Origin: Octopus sinensis
Lineage: Eukaryota
DNA length: 64,000 nucleotides
Direction of reading: 5' to 3'
NCBI RefSeq assembly: GCF_006345805.1
Contig: NC_043003.1
Coordinates: 98,146,001-98,210,000 of the forward strand
Made by a program: the position numbers and the translations under genes. The notes under the pieces were generated by a model. It saw only the letters and a program-made list of their open reading frames with translations. It was not told the DNA's origin and searched no databases. The stretch's first letter is position 1. Each line of letters opens with the position of its first letter. Below are positions 1-13,843 of the stretch, one piece after another.

Positions 1-868
1 CGCTCGCTGCTGTACTAGTAGCGACTTCCTTAGAAGAAGCTCAGAAACGGCGAGACCGGTTTTCTGCAGCATGTAAAAACCTCAGCTTGACCATCAGCTT
101 AAAGAAGACAGAAGTGATCCACCAACCTTGCCCTACTCCTAAGTAAATTCGAGGCGTTAAGCACAGGCAGCCGGTTCATTATTCCCTTGACACTCCTATA
201 CAGGTTGACGGGAAAAGGTATTAAACTTGATACCAAAGTACAGGCCAGTAAAACTGCAATTCTTATGGTTCTCTTGTAGGGCTCGGAATCGTAGACACTC
301 TATAGGTAACACATTAACCAACTAGATGTCTTCCACAGAGTCTGTTTCAGGACAATCTACGGTTATTCACTAAAAGACAGAGAGTCTAACGTCAACCTGT
401 TTAGCAAGTGTAAGATTGGTGGAATCGAGAGCTTCCTTATGCTGTCGCAATTGCGCTGGGTTGGCCATGTCGTCAGAATGAATGACGAAAGAACACCCGA
501 AGTTCTCGTATACAGCCAGCTTGATAGTGGGCACAAGAATGTTGGTCGAACATGGCACAGATATAAGGACAAGCTGAAGAGTCAATATAGCCTACAACAC
601 CTTTGAGTAAACAGCCTTGGAGCGAATAAAATGGAGATCGTCGCGTCAAAATGGTAACAGGCTTAATAGTGCAAAGCAAAGAAGAAAAGTTGCTGCAAAT
701 GTACCGCCTGCAGTGACCCGCAATCCTCATACTTGCAGCATCTGCTGGCTTTTTTACAAATCATTGGCAGGATTCAAATTTGACATAATCATTTGACATA
801 ATCATTATGATTGACAAAAAAGTGTCGGATCCTCACAACTCGAAACCGATTGGGGGAAGTCCATCATA
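1..868 (+). mobile_element. RTE-clade LINE, decayed 3' part (RT C-terminus, thumb, 3' UTR)
   Basis: Manual translation gives DRFSAACKNLSLTISLKKTEVIHQP ... QLRWVGHVVRMNDERTPEVLVYSQL..GRTWHRYKDKLK, matching RTE ORF motifs (FGLTISLKKT; LRWxGHVxRM), with stops and frameshifts. Confidence 0.85.
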
Positions 869-872
869 TTCA

Positions 873-1001
873 TATACATACATACATACATACATACATA
901 CATGCATACATACATACATACATACATACATACATGCATACGTACGTACATACATACATACATACATGCATACATAATACATACATACATACATACATAC
1001 A

Positions 1002-1033
<32 letters not shown>
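873..1033. repeat. (TACA)n microsatellite
   Basis: Directly visible tandem repeat. Confidence 0.95.
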
Positions 1034-1035
<2 letters not shown>

Positions 1036-1250
1036 GTTAATCCAAACGCGAAAACACAAAGATAAAACACAACAACTCGTGGACGTGGAACAAGTATAGT
1101 GTTATTGGACGCCCAGGAAAGGAAGGAAAGAAGGAGGATTTAACGTTTCGAACGGAGCTCTTCGTCAGAAACATAGGAAAGGGAAAGATCCAAGGAAGGG
1201 AAGACGGAGGAAAAAAAATCGCCAACGGTACACACGCAGTCGTACATATA
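1034..1250 (-). mobile_element. Short HHR-bearing non-coding element (Penelope-like/retrozyme type, family D)
   Basis: Homologous to 56625-56960. The minus strand at 1138-1172 reads GTTT CTGACGA A GAGC TCC GTTC GAA ACGT T AAAT (minimal type I hammerhead). Flanked by TACA/TA repeats. Confidence 0.7.
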
Positions 1251-1311
1251 CATGAATGCATACATACATACATACATACATACATACATGCATACATACA
1301 TACATAATATA

Positions 1312-1370
<59 letters not shown>

Positions 1371-1926
1371 TAATTTTGAAAGTGACTTCGAAGTTTCGTC
1401 AATTATAACGAAAATTGGAAGACACGGTCAGCCTTAAAATTGGAGAAATAAATGTGATACTGTTCTTAAGTGCATTGAGTTATCCCTCAATTAATATTTC
1501 GCTCTTTTATGTGTTAAACTACGTATAAAAACAGACATTAAATTTATTCACACACACGTATACATATACACGTGTACACACAAAGACAGATATATTTAAA
1601 CGTAGACACGAACTTATATGAACACGTTATGTATATGTGTGTGTATGAACACATGCATGTATGTATATGTATGTGTATACATTTTAAAAGTGAGTTTCAT
1701 AAAGTAATGGGTTGTCAAAACTCTACTTCATACTTTGTTTTCATGCCGCGTATCTAGGGATAAATCAAGTTGGCCACTCAAGGGATGATTTCCCATATCC
1801 AGCTCAGCTGAACCATGAATACTTTCGACAGTCTCGTTATATCATACTGGTCCTTCCCAATGTTTACAGAAGCACACTGAATTCATTGGCTCATATCACA
1901 TATACTTACCCCACTGCACACGCGAG

Positions 1927-1969
<43 letters not shown>

Positions 1970-2275
1970 AAGAACTTGTAGCGTTGGCTAATAGGTTCAG
2001 TTCTTTTGTTTGCAGTGTAATTTGATGAGGGTAACAAACGATGGTAAAGTTTAACTGAGTTGAACGCGAACAAATCACCCTTGAGTTTACCTTGGACACG
2101 GATGAGCTAATTAATTGGGGATTAATTATTTAGCGACCTAGTATATGTAGTAGGTGCGCCGTTTGTAAAAATACATTTAACTGCGCGTCCGCGCACACAC
2201 TCACACATACATATATGCTGGTATGTGTAATGTATATACATATATACGCATACATGTATGTATATATGTATATAT

Positions 2276-2507
2276 ATTTCCTTATTACCCACAAGGGGAT
2301 AAACACAGAAGGGACAAACAAGGACAGACAAACGGATTAAGTCGGTTACATCGACCCCAGTGCGTAACTGGTACTTAATTTATCGACCTCGAAAGAATGA
2401 AAGGCTAAGTCGACCTCGGCGGAATTTGAACCCAGAACGTAACAACAGACGAAATACGGCTACGCATTTCGCCCGGCGTGCTAACGTTTCTGCCAACTCG
2501 CCGCCTT
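2276..2507 (-). mobile_element. tRNA-derived SINE family A (Meta-domain-like)
   Basis: Head GGCGGCGAGTTGGCAGAAACGTTAGC with A/B-box-like motifs (GGTTCAAATTCC) and a GCCTTTCATYCTTTCGRGGTCGATAAA body; more than 20 copies in the window. Confidence 0.85.
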
Positions 2508-2534
2508 ATATGAATATATGTATATAGGTGTGTA

Positions 2535-2666
2535 TGTGTACGAGTGGGTGTGTGGTAAGTAGCTAGCGTACCAAATACGTGGTTGCGAGTTCAGTCCCAC
2601 AGCATGACACCTTTCGTAAAAGCCTTGTGAGTGGATTTGGTAGACGGAAAGTGAAAGAAGCCCGTC

Positions 2667-2747
<81 letters not shown>

Positions 2748-2980
2748 TATGTATGTATGTGTGTGTGTTTGTGTCTGTGTTTGTACCCCAACATCTCTTG
2801 ACAACCGATGCTGGTGTGTTTGCGTCCCTATAACTTCGCGGCTCGGCAGAGAGTCCAATAGAACAAGTACTAGATATGCAAAGAATAAGTCGTGGAGTCG
2901 ATTTGTTCAACAGAAGGCAGTGCTCCAGCACGGTCGCAGTCTAATGATGAAACAAATAAAAGAATAAAGAATAAAAGAAT
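2535..2980 (+). mobile_element. tRNA-derived SINE family B with internal TA/TG microsatellite
   Basis: Matches the full copy at 10124-10545 in both 5' and 3' halves. Confidence 0.8.
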
Positions 2981-3062
2981 ATATGTATATATATATATAT
3001 ATATATTTGTATATTTATATATATATATATATGTATGTAATGTATGTATGTATGTATGTGTG

Positions 3063-3350
3063 TGGAGGCGCAATGGCCAAGTGGTTAGGGCAGCGGACTA
3101 GCGGTCGTAGGATCGCGGTTTCGATTCCCAGACCGGGCGTTGTGAGTGTTTATTGAGCGAAAACACCTAAAAGCTCCACGAGGCTCCGGCAGGGGGTGGT
3201 GATCCCTGCTGTACTCTTTCACCACTCTTTCTCCCACTCTTTCTTCTGTTGGCCTGCTCGCTTAGCCAGTCATTCGAAGGCTAAAACAATGCGAACGCAT
3301 TGTGACCAGCGATGTGTGATTACATCTGATGGACTGGTCGGTCACGTGAT

Positions 3351-3358
<8 letters not shown>
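3063..3358 (+). mobile_element. tRNA-derived SINE family C, CACGTGA-tail variant
   Basis: tRNA-like head GGAGGCGCAATGGCCAAGTGGTTAGGGCAGCGGAC...GGTTTCGATTCCC. Tail shared with 24079-24196 and 51560-51680. Confidence 0.85.
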
Positions 3359-3410
<52 letters not shown>

Positions 3411-3469
3411 CTGTGTGTGTCTATCTGTCTGTGTGTATATATGTATATATGTTGTATGTGCGTATGTAT

Positions 3470-3680
3470 ATAGCTTCTTTTACGTACGAGAGAGAAGATT
3501 TATGGAGTGGGATGTACTCGTCTGTTGCAGACTTGCTGATGCTCAACGAGTCAAATTGAGGACGGCGAGCTGACACGGCTTCACAGGACCTGCTCAGGAA
3601 GGCTGGTTGTTTAGTGTTGGTCGTAGTGTCTTTGTACCTCTTCTTTGGTGCTCCTCTTTCCATACCGCATAATCTTCGCA
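3470..3680 (-). mobile_element. RTE-clade LINE 3' fragment, internally deleted
   Basis: Minus-strand ORF contains RGAPKKRYKD; an adjacent frame gives SHQQVCNRR-like terminal His/Cys residues. Confidence 0.6.
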
Positions 3681-3739
3681 AATTGATGTGTGTTCGTATA
3701 TGTAAAAAAAATTATGGAAGTACATCAAGAATAATAATA

Positions 3740-4500
3740 GCTGATTCCGAGGTGGCTAATAATGTCGTAAATCCAAACCAACATGGATTTCGTTGTGACC
3801 ATGACTGTTTAACATAGCTCTGCAGCCTTGACGATCGATATTGTTAATGTTTTGGAAAGGGCTCAAACACTGATGCATTATACCTGAATGCCAGCGAAAC
3901 TGTACGAGCTTCGTTAGCTTTGACCAGAAAGAGAATTACGGATCTGCCTTGTTTCCTGGCAAGCTGAGTACAACATGTAAGTTGACAGATCCATTGGATT
4001 TCGACAAAATGCCATTAGTGGTGTCTCCTAAAGCACTCTGTTGGGCCCCTTATTGTTTATAATTTGCATAAATGACACCATAAATGTTTTCAGATTCAGC
4101 GAATTAAAATTTTCAGAGACGTCTCTTAACTTTAGGAAGTTACCAGTGGAGTAGGTAATCGGATAAAACTCCTATTTGACACGTATGCCATAACTTAAGG
4201 AGACCCCACCACCACAAAAAAAAAGAAAAGAAAATGAAAAAATATGCTATGTGTTAGATGAGGAAAAAGTTGAACTCATCCACTTCGTAAAAGAGGATGT
4301 GCTTAAACAGCGATATTCTCTTCCCTCGGGAGAAACTCTAAGGACGTTTAACAATACCAGAGACTAAGAACTAATTGTTGACAATATTAACTGGAGAGCC
4401 TACTTTAAGACTGTGGTCTGCATTTTGAGGCCTGGGACAGTCAGAGATTTACGGTTCAGAGAATCATATGTTATCATCGACAGGTTTTGTACACTCTCAC
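3740..4500 (+). mobile_element. CR1/L2-group LINE reverse transcriptase remnant
   Basis: NNVVNPNQHGFRCDHDCLT*L, then SGVS*STLLGPLLFIICIND (cf. QHGF...SCLTQL and SGVPQGxVLGPLLF); heavily decayed. Confidence 0.75.
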
Positions 4501-4929
4501 TCAACTCTCAAAATATTTTGTGTCATATAATAACAATAATAATAAATAAATTGTACGATAGGAATGGATAATTGAGCTCACCTCAAAATTTTCAAAATTT
4601 ATTCTCTTCAATGTCACTGGGATATCAACATTATTTGTTCAATGTGGAAAATATATCATTAGACCTGATCAAATGAAATGACCTGCAAGTTTAAAAATTA
4701 ATAAAATCGAACTCACAGCAGCAAAAAATTTTTGTAGCGCAATATTTTAAAAGTTATTTATCTTTGCTCTATTCAACTCTATCTCAAAATAGATCAAAGA
4801 AGAGAAAGAACCCATAGTTTTCAAATGGTACTTGAATTCGTGCGATCTTTAATCAAAGCCTTATATACTTTATAAACGTCAGCAAAAAGTGTAGCTTCTG
4901 TACTGTGGGGAAACGTCTTCTGAAACACT

Positions 4930-5240
4930 ACTGCAGCCTGGAGTTTATTTAAACGCTAAGTCAGAGACGTTCGATAAATGTAAGCATGTCGTTAATTTCA
5001 TATTACGTAACTGGTCAGAGCAATCCTAAACGAGAAATTGTTTTTCGATGTAGATACGAGCGATGATAGAAAGAATACGGTATTTTCGAACATGTGTTTT
5101 CGTTTTCTGTCCTTTTCTGTCCTTGCTTCTTGAGTTTCTTATGGAACTGAACTTTATGCAGTTGTTTTCTTCATTGGATTTCATTCTGTTCATCAAGACA
5201 TATTTCTTCAGTAGGCCTTTTTTAAAATTCACTAAAAGTA
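4930..5240 (-). mobile_element. Possible hAT transposase dimerisation-domain remnant
   Basis: KTHVRKYRILSIIARIY resembles the YPxLSxIARxYL motif; no other support. Confidence 0.3.
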
Positions 5241-5665
5241 AATATGTCTAATTATCAAGAGACACACTTCTTTTATTTATCCGTTACTTACCTTTGATCA
5301 TAATTTGCGAATTTAGGGAAAGGAAAAATTTTCCCTGATTGCTTAGAATGCACCAAGTGAAAGTAAAAGGAATTTCCATTCTGTGTTCAAAATACATTTC
5401 TAAATTTACACCGTATAGCTGTTATGAAATCGATCTATGTATGGCATTCACGTTTTTTTAAAGTTGAAAATATAGTAACAATGGATCAACAAGATTAGTT
5501 TCAGCATGCGCGCGCGTGTCTTATTACATACAGTTATATACTAATTATGCAATTAAATATGTCTCTAGTGAGTTCCACTATTCTGTGTTGGTATTAGACC
5601 TATTACAAATAACAGCCAAATCTGTTCGACCCATGCCGTACTCTTTTGAAGAATGGACGGCGGTG

Positions 5666-5754
<89 letters not shown>

Positions 5755-5755
5755 A

Positions 5756-5796
<41 letters not shown>

Positions 5797-5831
5797 TTCT
5801 GTCTGTCTGTATGTTGTCTGTCTGTATGTTG

Positions 5832-5874
<43 letters not shown>

Positions 5875-5875
5875 C

Positions 5876-5912
<37 letters not shown>

Positions 5913-5922
5913 ATCTATCTGC

Positions 5923-5970
<48 letters not shown>

Positions 5971-6059
5971 TCTTATCTATCTATCTTCTGTCTTCTGTCT
6001 GTCTGTCTGTCTGTCTGGTCCTGTCTTTTTGTCTATCTATCTATCTATCTATCTATCTA

Positions 6060-6097
<38 letters not shown>

Positions 6098-6154
6098 GCC
6101 TATCTATCTGTCTATCTAACTATCTATCAGTCTGTCTGTCTGTCTGTCTATCTG
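5666..6154. repeat. Compound (TATC)n/(TGTC)n microsatellite
   Basis: Directly visible; source of the SIYL/SVCL ORFs. Confidence 0.95.
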
Positions 6155-7089
6155 TAGATTTACTCCACGACGACAATGTATACAAGGTTTTGTTGCGAAT
6201 AAATAGATCTCTTTTGTTAGCATAGAGAATCATTAAAAACGACGAGGTAAACCGCAAACGTCGTAATGAGTTGGCTGTTTATGAAAAACTAACTTGAACT
6301 GGCAATTACTATCGCTATTTTGCTTTCGTTTTCCTGCAGAGTGACAGTTGCTATAAAAATACTTTTATTTTGATAGAGGCGTGTCTGTTTGGCAAACAAC
6401 TACAGTGTTTTACTAATTGTATAATTTTGATGGTATATATTACTGATTTAGGCACAAAACCAACTGTTTTGAGAAGGAGTAAACCGATACTAACGTGTTC
6501 AGTACTTGACTGGTACCTTATTTTATTGACCTCGGAGTGATGAGCCAAGTTGACTTCGGTGGAGCTTCAACACAGAATGTAAAGAACCGAAACAAATGCT
6601 GCAAGGTGATATTTTTCCGACTCTTTTTACGATTCAGCTACACCAGTGCCGCATTTATAATGTGCCTAACGAGCTCCATTACAATATACTGCGTGGTTTC
6701 TCAGCGTATTAAAAATAACAGCCAAATGTCCCTCAAATCAAACCTCACTCTTTTGTATATTGTAGTTCAAACAGGCACGATAGTCTTGGCTTGAACACCT
6801 TTGAATATAGTTTTGTAGCTCACGGCAACCTGGGTGTAAATAACAACAGTAACAACAACTGGACAAATAGCGAGGTTGATTTAAAAGACTGTATTTTATC
6901 CTTGTATGTGTGTTTCTGTGCTACTGTCAGAAATCAATGTAATGTTTGATCTAACCTGATCCTCTTCTTAGCACAACCCCACCGTGACTCTCTTTGTGAT
7001 CAAGAGATCTACCTTATGGGTCATTTAACGAGTTTTCGATTGTTTTTTTTTCTCAATTATTTAAAAATATCTTTCGTCAACATTCACAT

Positions 7090-7255
7090 GGTGTAGGAGT
7101 GGCTGTGTGGTGAGTAGCTTGTTTACCAAACACATGGTTCCGGGCTCAGTCCCACTGCGTGGCACCTTGGGCAAAGTGTCTTCTACTATAGCCTCGGGTC
7201 AACCAAAGCCTTGTGAGTGGATTTGGTAGACGGAAACTGAAAGGAGCCCGTCGTA
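7090..7255 (+). mobile_element. SINE family B, 5' half
   Basis: Near-identical to 10124-10287; ends at the internal (TA)n. Confidence 0.85.
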
Positions 7256-7261
7256 TATATG

Positions 7262-7343
<82 letters not shown>

Positions 7344-7452
7344 GTGTGTGTGTGTGTGTGTGGTGTGTATAAATGTAGGCATATATACAGACATACATTC
7401 ACACTCTGTATATGCAAACAAATATCGAGGTCTCTTACTTTTGGTGTTATAA

Positions 7453-7506
<54 letters not shown>

Positions 7507-7517
7507 ATCTATCTATC

Positions 7518-7584
<67 letters not shown>

Positions 7585-7621
7585 GCATAGATACATACAC
7601 CATACATACATACAACATACA

Positions 7622-7652
<31 letters not shown>

Positions 7653-7653
<1 letters not shown>

Positions 7654-7809
7654 GTTAGTTGAAATTTATAGACAAACAAAAGACGAAGATAGGTGTATGA
7701 ACAACAAGTAAGTGTATTAGTTTGACTCTCGCGAAAAATGAAAAAGTCTTTTACGTTTCAGGCCTACGCTCTTCAACAGAAAGGAATAAGAGAAAATAAG
7801 CAGAGAAAG

Positions 7810-7812
<3 letters not shown>
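7653..7812 (-). mobile_element. HHR-bearing element family E
   Basis: Minus strand 7748-7783 reads CTTT CTGTTGA A GAGCGTAGGCCT GAA ACGT A AAAG; flanked by TACA/TA repeats. Confidence 0.65.
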
Positions 7813-7870
<58 letters not shown>

Positions 7871-8043
7871 TTGTGATTTCTTGAATGGTGAGACGATTTA
7901 GCGTCTATTTCTCAGCATATGGCTAGGAAGATTTCTTTCCATGCCCTTATCATTACATATATAATTTCAGCTTATTGGTCTTTTTTATATACTGGACACC
8001 AATAAAATATTTTATATATATAATATAATATATATATATAATA

Positions 8044-8082
<39 letters not shown>

Positions 8083-8111
8083 TATATATATATATATATA
8101 ATATAATATAT

Positions 8112-8145
<34 letters not shown>

Positions 8146-9101
8146 ACATACACACACAACACACACACCACACATATACATATATATGTGGTGTGTGTGT
8201 CCAAACGACAATATTCTGCACTTTTCTGGTGATTCATTTGCTTCCGAGAAATTTTTCCTTCTTTCACTTTTATTTATATCCGATATTACTTCGCCATTCC
8301 TAGTTCAAGTCGTACAATGATAAAACGTTTCCTTCGCAATGAATTCTTCGCTCGCTTTTGATTCTGAAGAACCCTATGCCAGTTTTACCACACCTTATTG
8401 TGTTTAATCGGTTCTAAGAAAAATAGTTATTCCTGTCAGATTTGGCACACATATTTCGTGAAGACGCGCAGATTGAATGCAAAATTCCAGCGACCAGATA
8501 ACGGTTAAAAAGCATTTTTACTTATCATTATTTCATAGTTGTGATATTACATATTCATGACTTCGAAGCACACATAAAAAGAGCGGTGAGATCAATGTAT
8601 AAAAAACTCCATCCAATATTTTTAAAGACTATATCTCAGTCATGGTAGTCTAGATAACAACATTCCTTAACCAAAGGCATTTTTTTGCATTAAGACTGAC
8701 CCCATACAACTGGCAAGGTGCTGGTGTTGGGGATGATAGTGGTGGTGGCGGTGAAGATATTTTACATTCCTTTTTGTTAGTCAGCTGATAGAAACTGTGA
8801 GATAGTCAATGCTAAAGAATATATTGATATATATGTCCTTCTCTGTTTTACTTTTATTTCTATTTTATCTTTCTCACTTGTAAGAAAAACCGATTATATT
8901 ATAACTGTGATAATAACTAATTAGGCATGAGCAGAAGTAAAATTTTGCTAGGGGACATATTAGGAGTGTCTTCAGGTGTCAGATCGACGATTGCCCTTCA
9001 GATGCCAAGGCTAGTAATGCTACAAACATCTGTAATAGCTCATACAGTAAATGTACTATTAGGCTGCAATAAGACGCAGGTTGCACGCAGCATTCTAATA
9101 C

Positions 9102-9337
9102 TTATTTCTTTACTACCCATAAGGGGCTACACACAGAGAGGACAAACAAGGACAGACAAAGGGATTAAGTCGATTATATCGACCCCAGTGCGTAACTGAT
9201 ACTTATTTAATCGACCCCGAAATTATGAAAGGCAAAGTCGACCTCGGCGGAATTTGAACTCAGAACGTGACGGCAGCCGAAATACCGCTAAGCATTACGC
9301 CCGGTGTGCTAACGTTTCTGCCAGATCGCCCCCAGAT
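9102..9337 (-). mobile_element. SINE family A with 16-bp TSD
   Basis: TSD CGCAGCATTCTAATAC (9086-9101) / CGCAGCATTCTAGTAC (9338-9353). Confidence 0.9.
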
Positions 9338-9567
9338 CGCAGCATTCTAGTACCGTAGCAATGTGAACAGTGACGATTAATCTGTACTATGAAGTTGTGT
9401 AAATACTCTAAAATGGCATACTATCTTCTAGTTGTTTGTAACATTCTGCATAAATTTCACACCGTGTTTTCAGATGTTAGAAATCTCTCTTTTAAACCAC
9501 ACTCCTTTCGCGCAAGAACATAGTAACTCGAAAATCCATAATGATAAGCAATATTTGTTGTGAACTA

Positions 9568-9740
9568 GGCGGCGAGCTAGCAGAATCGCCGGTCAAAATG
9601 TTTAGTGGTATTTCGTCCGTCTATACGTTTTGAGCTCAAAATCCGCCGAGGTCGACTTTGCCTTTCATCATTTCGGGGTCGATAAAATAAGTACCAGAGT
9701 TGAGTACTGAGGTCGATGGAAATGACTGTTACCCTCCTCC
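9568..9740 (+). mobile_element. SINE family A, older subfamily
   Basis: Same head and body as other A copies, with a different 3' tail. Confidence 0.8.
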
Positions 9741-10123
9741 GAGTTATTCAGTTCTTTTACACTGTTAATAGAGTTGTAAGTGAGTCTGAGTTTATTCCTA
9801 TAAAATAGCTTTCTGTATTGGTTACTAATAGAATAAATGTCTATTTATTAAGGTTCGGAAGATTTTAACAGTGTTAGATTTAACATTTAGCAAGAAGGGG
9901 ATGTGGGCAGTACAGTTAGTGATAAAGCAGGAGGTATTGAGGAATAAAAACGCGCTTATATCTGCAGCTTTAATGTGCCACCTGGTTGTGCTCTTTTGCA
10001 AGCTTTTAAAGCATGATCCAGTTTGAGAGTAACTTTCTCTGTTCCACACTCTAGTACTAAAGACACTGACAATAAACAAAAAAAAAAACAAAGAACAAAA
10101 CAAACAAACAAACTAGCAAACTA

Positions 10124-10545
10124 GGCGCAGGAGTGGCTGTGTGGTAAGTAGCTTGTTTACCAACCACATGGTTCCGGGTTCAGTCCCACTGCGTGGCACC
10201 TTGGGCAAGTGTCTTCTACTATAGTCTCGGGCCGACCAAAGCCTTGTGAGTGGATTTGGTAGACGGAAACTGAAAGAAGCCCGTCGTATATATGTATATC
10301 TATGTGTGTGTGTGTATGTGTGTTTGTGTGTCTGTGTTTGTCCCCCTAGCATTGCTTGACAACCGATGCAGGTGTGTTTATGTCCCCCGTTACTTAGCGG
10401 TTCGGCAAAAAGAGACCGATAGAATAAGTACTGGGCTTACAAAAGAATAAGTCCTGGGTCGAGTTGCTCGACTAAAGGCGGTGCTCCAGCATGGCCGCAG
10501 TCAAATGACTGAAACAAGTAAAAGAGAGAGAGAGAGTAAAAAGTA
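10124..10545 (+). mobile_element. Full-length SINE family B (tRNA head, CORE-like segment)
   Basis: Head GGCGCAGGAGTGGCTGTGTGGTAAG...GGGTTCAGTCCC; CCTTGGGCAAGTGTCTT resembles the CORE domain; ends in an AAAAGAG-type tail. About 15 copies or fragments in the window. Confidence 0.85.
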
Positions 10546-10799
10546 AACTGATTGTTGACATTCTCATTCCCTCCCTAACTAAGCGGCAAAAAGAAGCATC
10601 AGAACAGATGAAGCATATATCTAGATGCTGGCAAGAAAATTTCTGACAGCTACTTTACAATGTCGTTGGTGCTTTGCAACAGACAGCTCACATACTTGCT
10701 AGTCTGTTTCTGGTAATTTTTCTTCTTATTGCCCTCGTGACTTACAAAGAAAACATTATTGTTTTCATAATATAGGAACTCTCAATAATAAACAACTAG

Positions 10800-10814
10800 T
10801 TACTAGTACTACTA

Positions 10815-10874
<60 letters not shown>

Positions 10875-10917
10875 CACCACCACCACCACCACCACCACCA
10901 CTACCACCACCACCATC

Positions 10918-10951
<34 letters not shown>

Positions 10952-11132
10952 TTACCACCACCACCACCACCACCACCACCACCACCACTACTACCACCAC
11001 CACCACTACCACCACCACTACCACCACCACCACCACCACCACCACCACCACTACTACCTACTACTACTACTACTACTACTACTATCCACCACCACCACCA
11101 CCACCACCACCACTACCACCACCACCCACACA

Positions 11133-11208
<76 letters not shown>

Positions 11209-11212
11209 CACC

Positions 11213-11243
<31 letters not shown>

Positions 11244-11260
11244 TTACCACCACCACCACC

Positions 11261-11297
<37 letters not shown>

Positions 11298-11364
11298 TTA
11301 CCACCACCACCCCACCACCACCACCACTACTACTACCACCACCACCACCACCACCACCACCACC

Positions 11365-11434
<70 letters not shown>

Positions 11435-11490
11435 ATAATAATAATAATAATAACAATTTTTATCATCATCATCATCATCGTCATCATTGT
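10800..11490. repeat. Compound (ACT)n/(ACC)n trinucleotide microsatellite
   Basis: Directly visible. Confidence 0.95.
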
Positions 11491-11759
11491 TATTGAGCTT
11501 CAATTTAGATCGGAGCCTTTATAGCTCATTACTCCAAAATTTCACATCATGTTTTTTTTGTTTGTTTTTGTTTTCATGCTCTTCTGGGATCGCTATAATA
11601 AGAACAAATAAGAAAATGGAGTCAAATGGTTCGAATATCTTCCCAACAGTAAGAAAATAAGGATTTCAGAAAATGAATATATTAATAACAGCAGAAGGAA
11701 ACAACACAATCCATATTATCTTTTTCATATACAAAATAAAAAGAAAAAGTTGCCAACGT

Positions 11760-12161
11760 CAACATCATCATCAACAACAACAATAGCAAGGATGAACCTA
11801 TGACGACGACGACTACAACAACAATAAAAACTACAACAACAAATGCAACAGCGAAAGCAACGCTAGCAACATCACCAACAATGACAACAACATCACCACA
11901 ACCACCACCACCACCACCCCACACAACCACAACAACAACAACAACAACAGCAGCAACAGTAGCAGCAGCAGCAACAGAAACTACAAACAACGTCTTGCAA
12001 AATGTTTTCTGCAAGAATTGCATATATTTGGAATTGCACGACTCAGCTGTTTGATGGACAATGATAATATAATAATAATAATAATATAATAATAATAATA
12101 TCATAATAATAATAATAATAATAAAGAATAAGAGAAAGAAAAGACAAAGAAGACAAGAAGA

Positions 12162-12192
<31 letters not shown>

Positions 12193-12285
12193 AAGAGAAG
12201 AGAAGAAGAGAAGAGAAGAAGAAGAAGAAGAAGAAAGAAGAAGAAGAAAAAGATAAGAAGAAGAAAGAAGAAGAAGAAGAAGAAG

Positions 12286-12317
<32 letters not shown>

Positions 12318-12340
12318 GAAGAAGGAGAAGGAGAAGAAGA
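11760..12340. repeat. Compound (ACA)n/(AAT)n/(AAG)n microsatellites
   Basis: Directly visible. Confidence 0.9.
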
Positions 12341-12344
12341 ATTG

Positions 12345-12733
12345 TTTCAAATTATTCCACCAGAGCAGCCATTTTGGGGAAAGGGAATGAATCGATTGCA
12401 TCGACCGCAGTGTTTCACTGGTACTTAATTTATCGATCTCGAAAGAATAAAAAGCAAACTCAACCTCGGCGGAATTTGAACTTAGAACGTAAAGACGGGC
12501 GAAATACCTATTTCTTTACTACCCACAAGGGGCTAAACACAGAGGAGACAAACAAGGACTGACAGACGGACTAAGTCGATTATATCGACCCCAGTGCGTA
12601 ACTGGTACTCAATTTATCGACCCCGAAAGGATGAAAGGCAAAGTCGACATCGGTGAAATTTGAACTCAGAACGTAACAGCAGACGAAATACCGCTAAGCA
12701 TTTCGTCGAGCGTGCTAGCGTTTCTGCCAGCCC
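12345..12733 (-). mobile_element. SINE family A dimer (young unit joined to old unit)
   Basis: Junction GAAATACC|TATTTCTTTACT after 12508. Confidence 0.85.
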
Positions 12734-12736
12734 TTG

Positions 12737-12737
<1 letters not shown>

Positions 12738-12782
<45 letters not shown>

Positions 12783-12795
12783 TAATAATAATAAC

Positions 12796-12836
<41 letters not shown>

Positions 12837-12853
12837 TAATAATAATAATAATG

Positions 12854-12940
<87 letters not shown>
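12738..12940. repeat. (AAT)n/(GAT)n microsatellite
   Basis: Directly visible. Confidence 0.95.
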
Positions 12941-12943
<3 letters not shown>

Positions 12944-13384
12944 TTTTATCAAGATCTCATAAGATCGTAGATTAAACTCTACCAGGATAAAGGTCTCATT
13001 TTTACATGAGATATACATCAATATAATTAATACCAGTAATATTATAAGAACAAAGAATAAAGAGTGCTTCTGTGGAGCCCCGTTTAAACAGCTGCATGAT
13101 TTCAGTTTCGGTTTATTATTGCACTCCGTCGTAATTTATTTTCGTAAGAAAGGTATTATCAGCCTATTGTTTCGTCCTTTATAAATCCAGGTCTTTGTGT
13201 TTTTGTTTTCCGAAACGAAATTATTATAAACTAAAATAAATGTGAGCAGCCCAGCGAGAAATCTGGTGTTAATAATGGATTTTAACATTTCCTCTTGTGA
13301 CTCTGTCATTGAAAACACTGGAATGAACGTCACACAACGAATTACACACACACGCACGCATACACAGACACAGACACAGACACA

Positions 13385-13424
<40 letters not shown>

Positions 13425-13720
13425 GTTCAAATGTAAAAAAAGACAAAAGACAAAAGTGTATTAGTTTGACGCGCTCGGAAGAAGTGGAAATGTCTTTCAT
13501 ATTTCGAGCCTACACTCTTCGACAGAAAGGGATGAAAGGGAAATAATAGAGAGAGATAGAGAGATAGAGATAGATAGATAGAAAGATAGATAGATATATA
13601 GAGAGAAAGTGAGAGAAGAAAGAGAAAGAGAGAGAAGAGAGAGAGAAAACGGAGAGAGAAAAAACGTACCAATTTGGGTATAAACTTTGTCTAAAGCTCG
13701 TCTACAGGTGATCAACTAAC
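13425..13720 (-). mobile_element. HHR-bearing element family E
   Basis: Minus strand 13494-13529 reads CTTT CTGTCGA A GAGTGTAGGCTC GAA ATAT G AAAG (decayed). Confidence 0.55.
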
Positions 13721-13779
13721 AAATGTTATCTTCGACCATATTGCTGGATATACACCTGGAAGTTCATTATATCCGTTGA

Positions 13780-13843
<64 letters not shown>

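Noticed and set aside
3063-3140. tRNA gene-like sequences (also the heads of SINE A and B)
   Set aside because: They continue into SINE bodies, occur in many diverged copies and lack a complete cloverleaf; they are SINE heads, not tRNA genes.
5516-6225. Long ORFs (157-213 aa) and similar ones at 11682, 21858, 36362 and 37081
   Set aside because: They are translations of stop-free microsatellites (SIYL, YI, HT, poly-V/F) with no domain content.
6285-6345. Strong-looking branch point and 3' splice acceptor (ACTAAC...TTTCGTTTTCCTGCAG)
   Set aside because: No convincing downstream exon or donor; such motifs arise by chance in 64 kb of AT-rich DNA.
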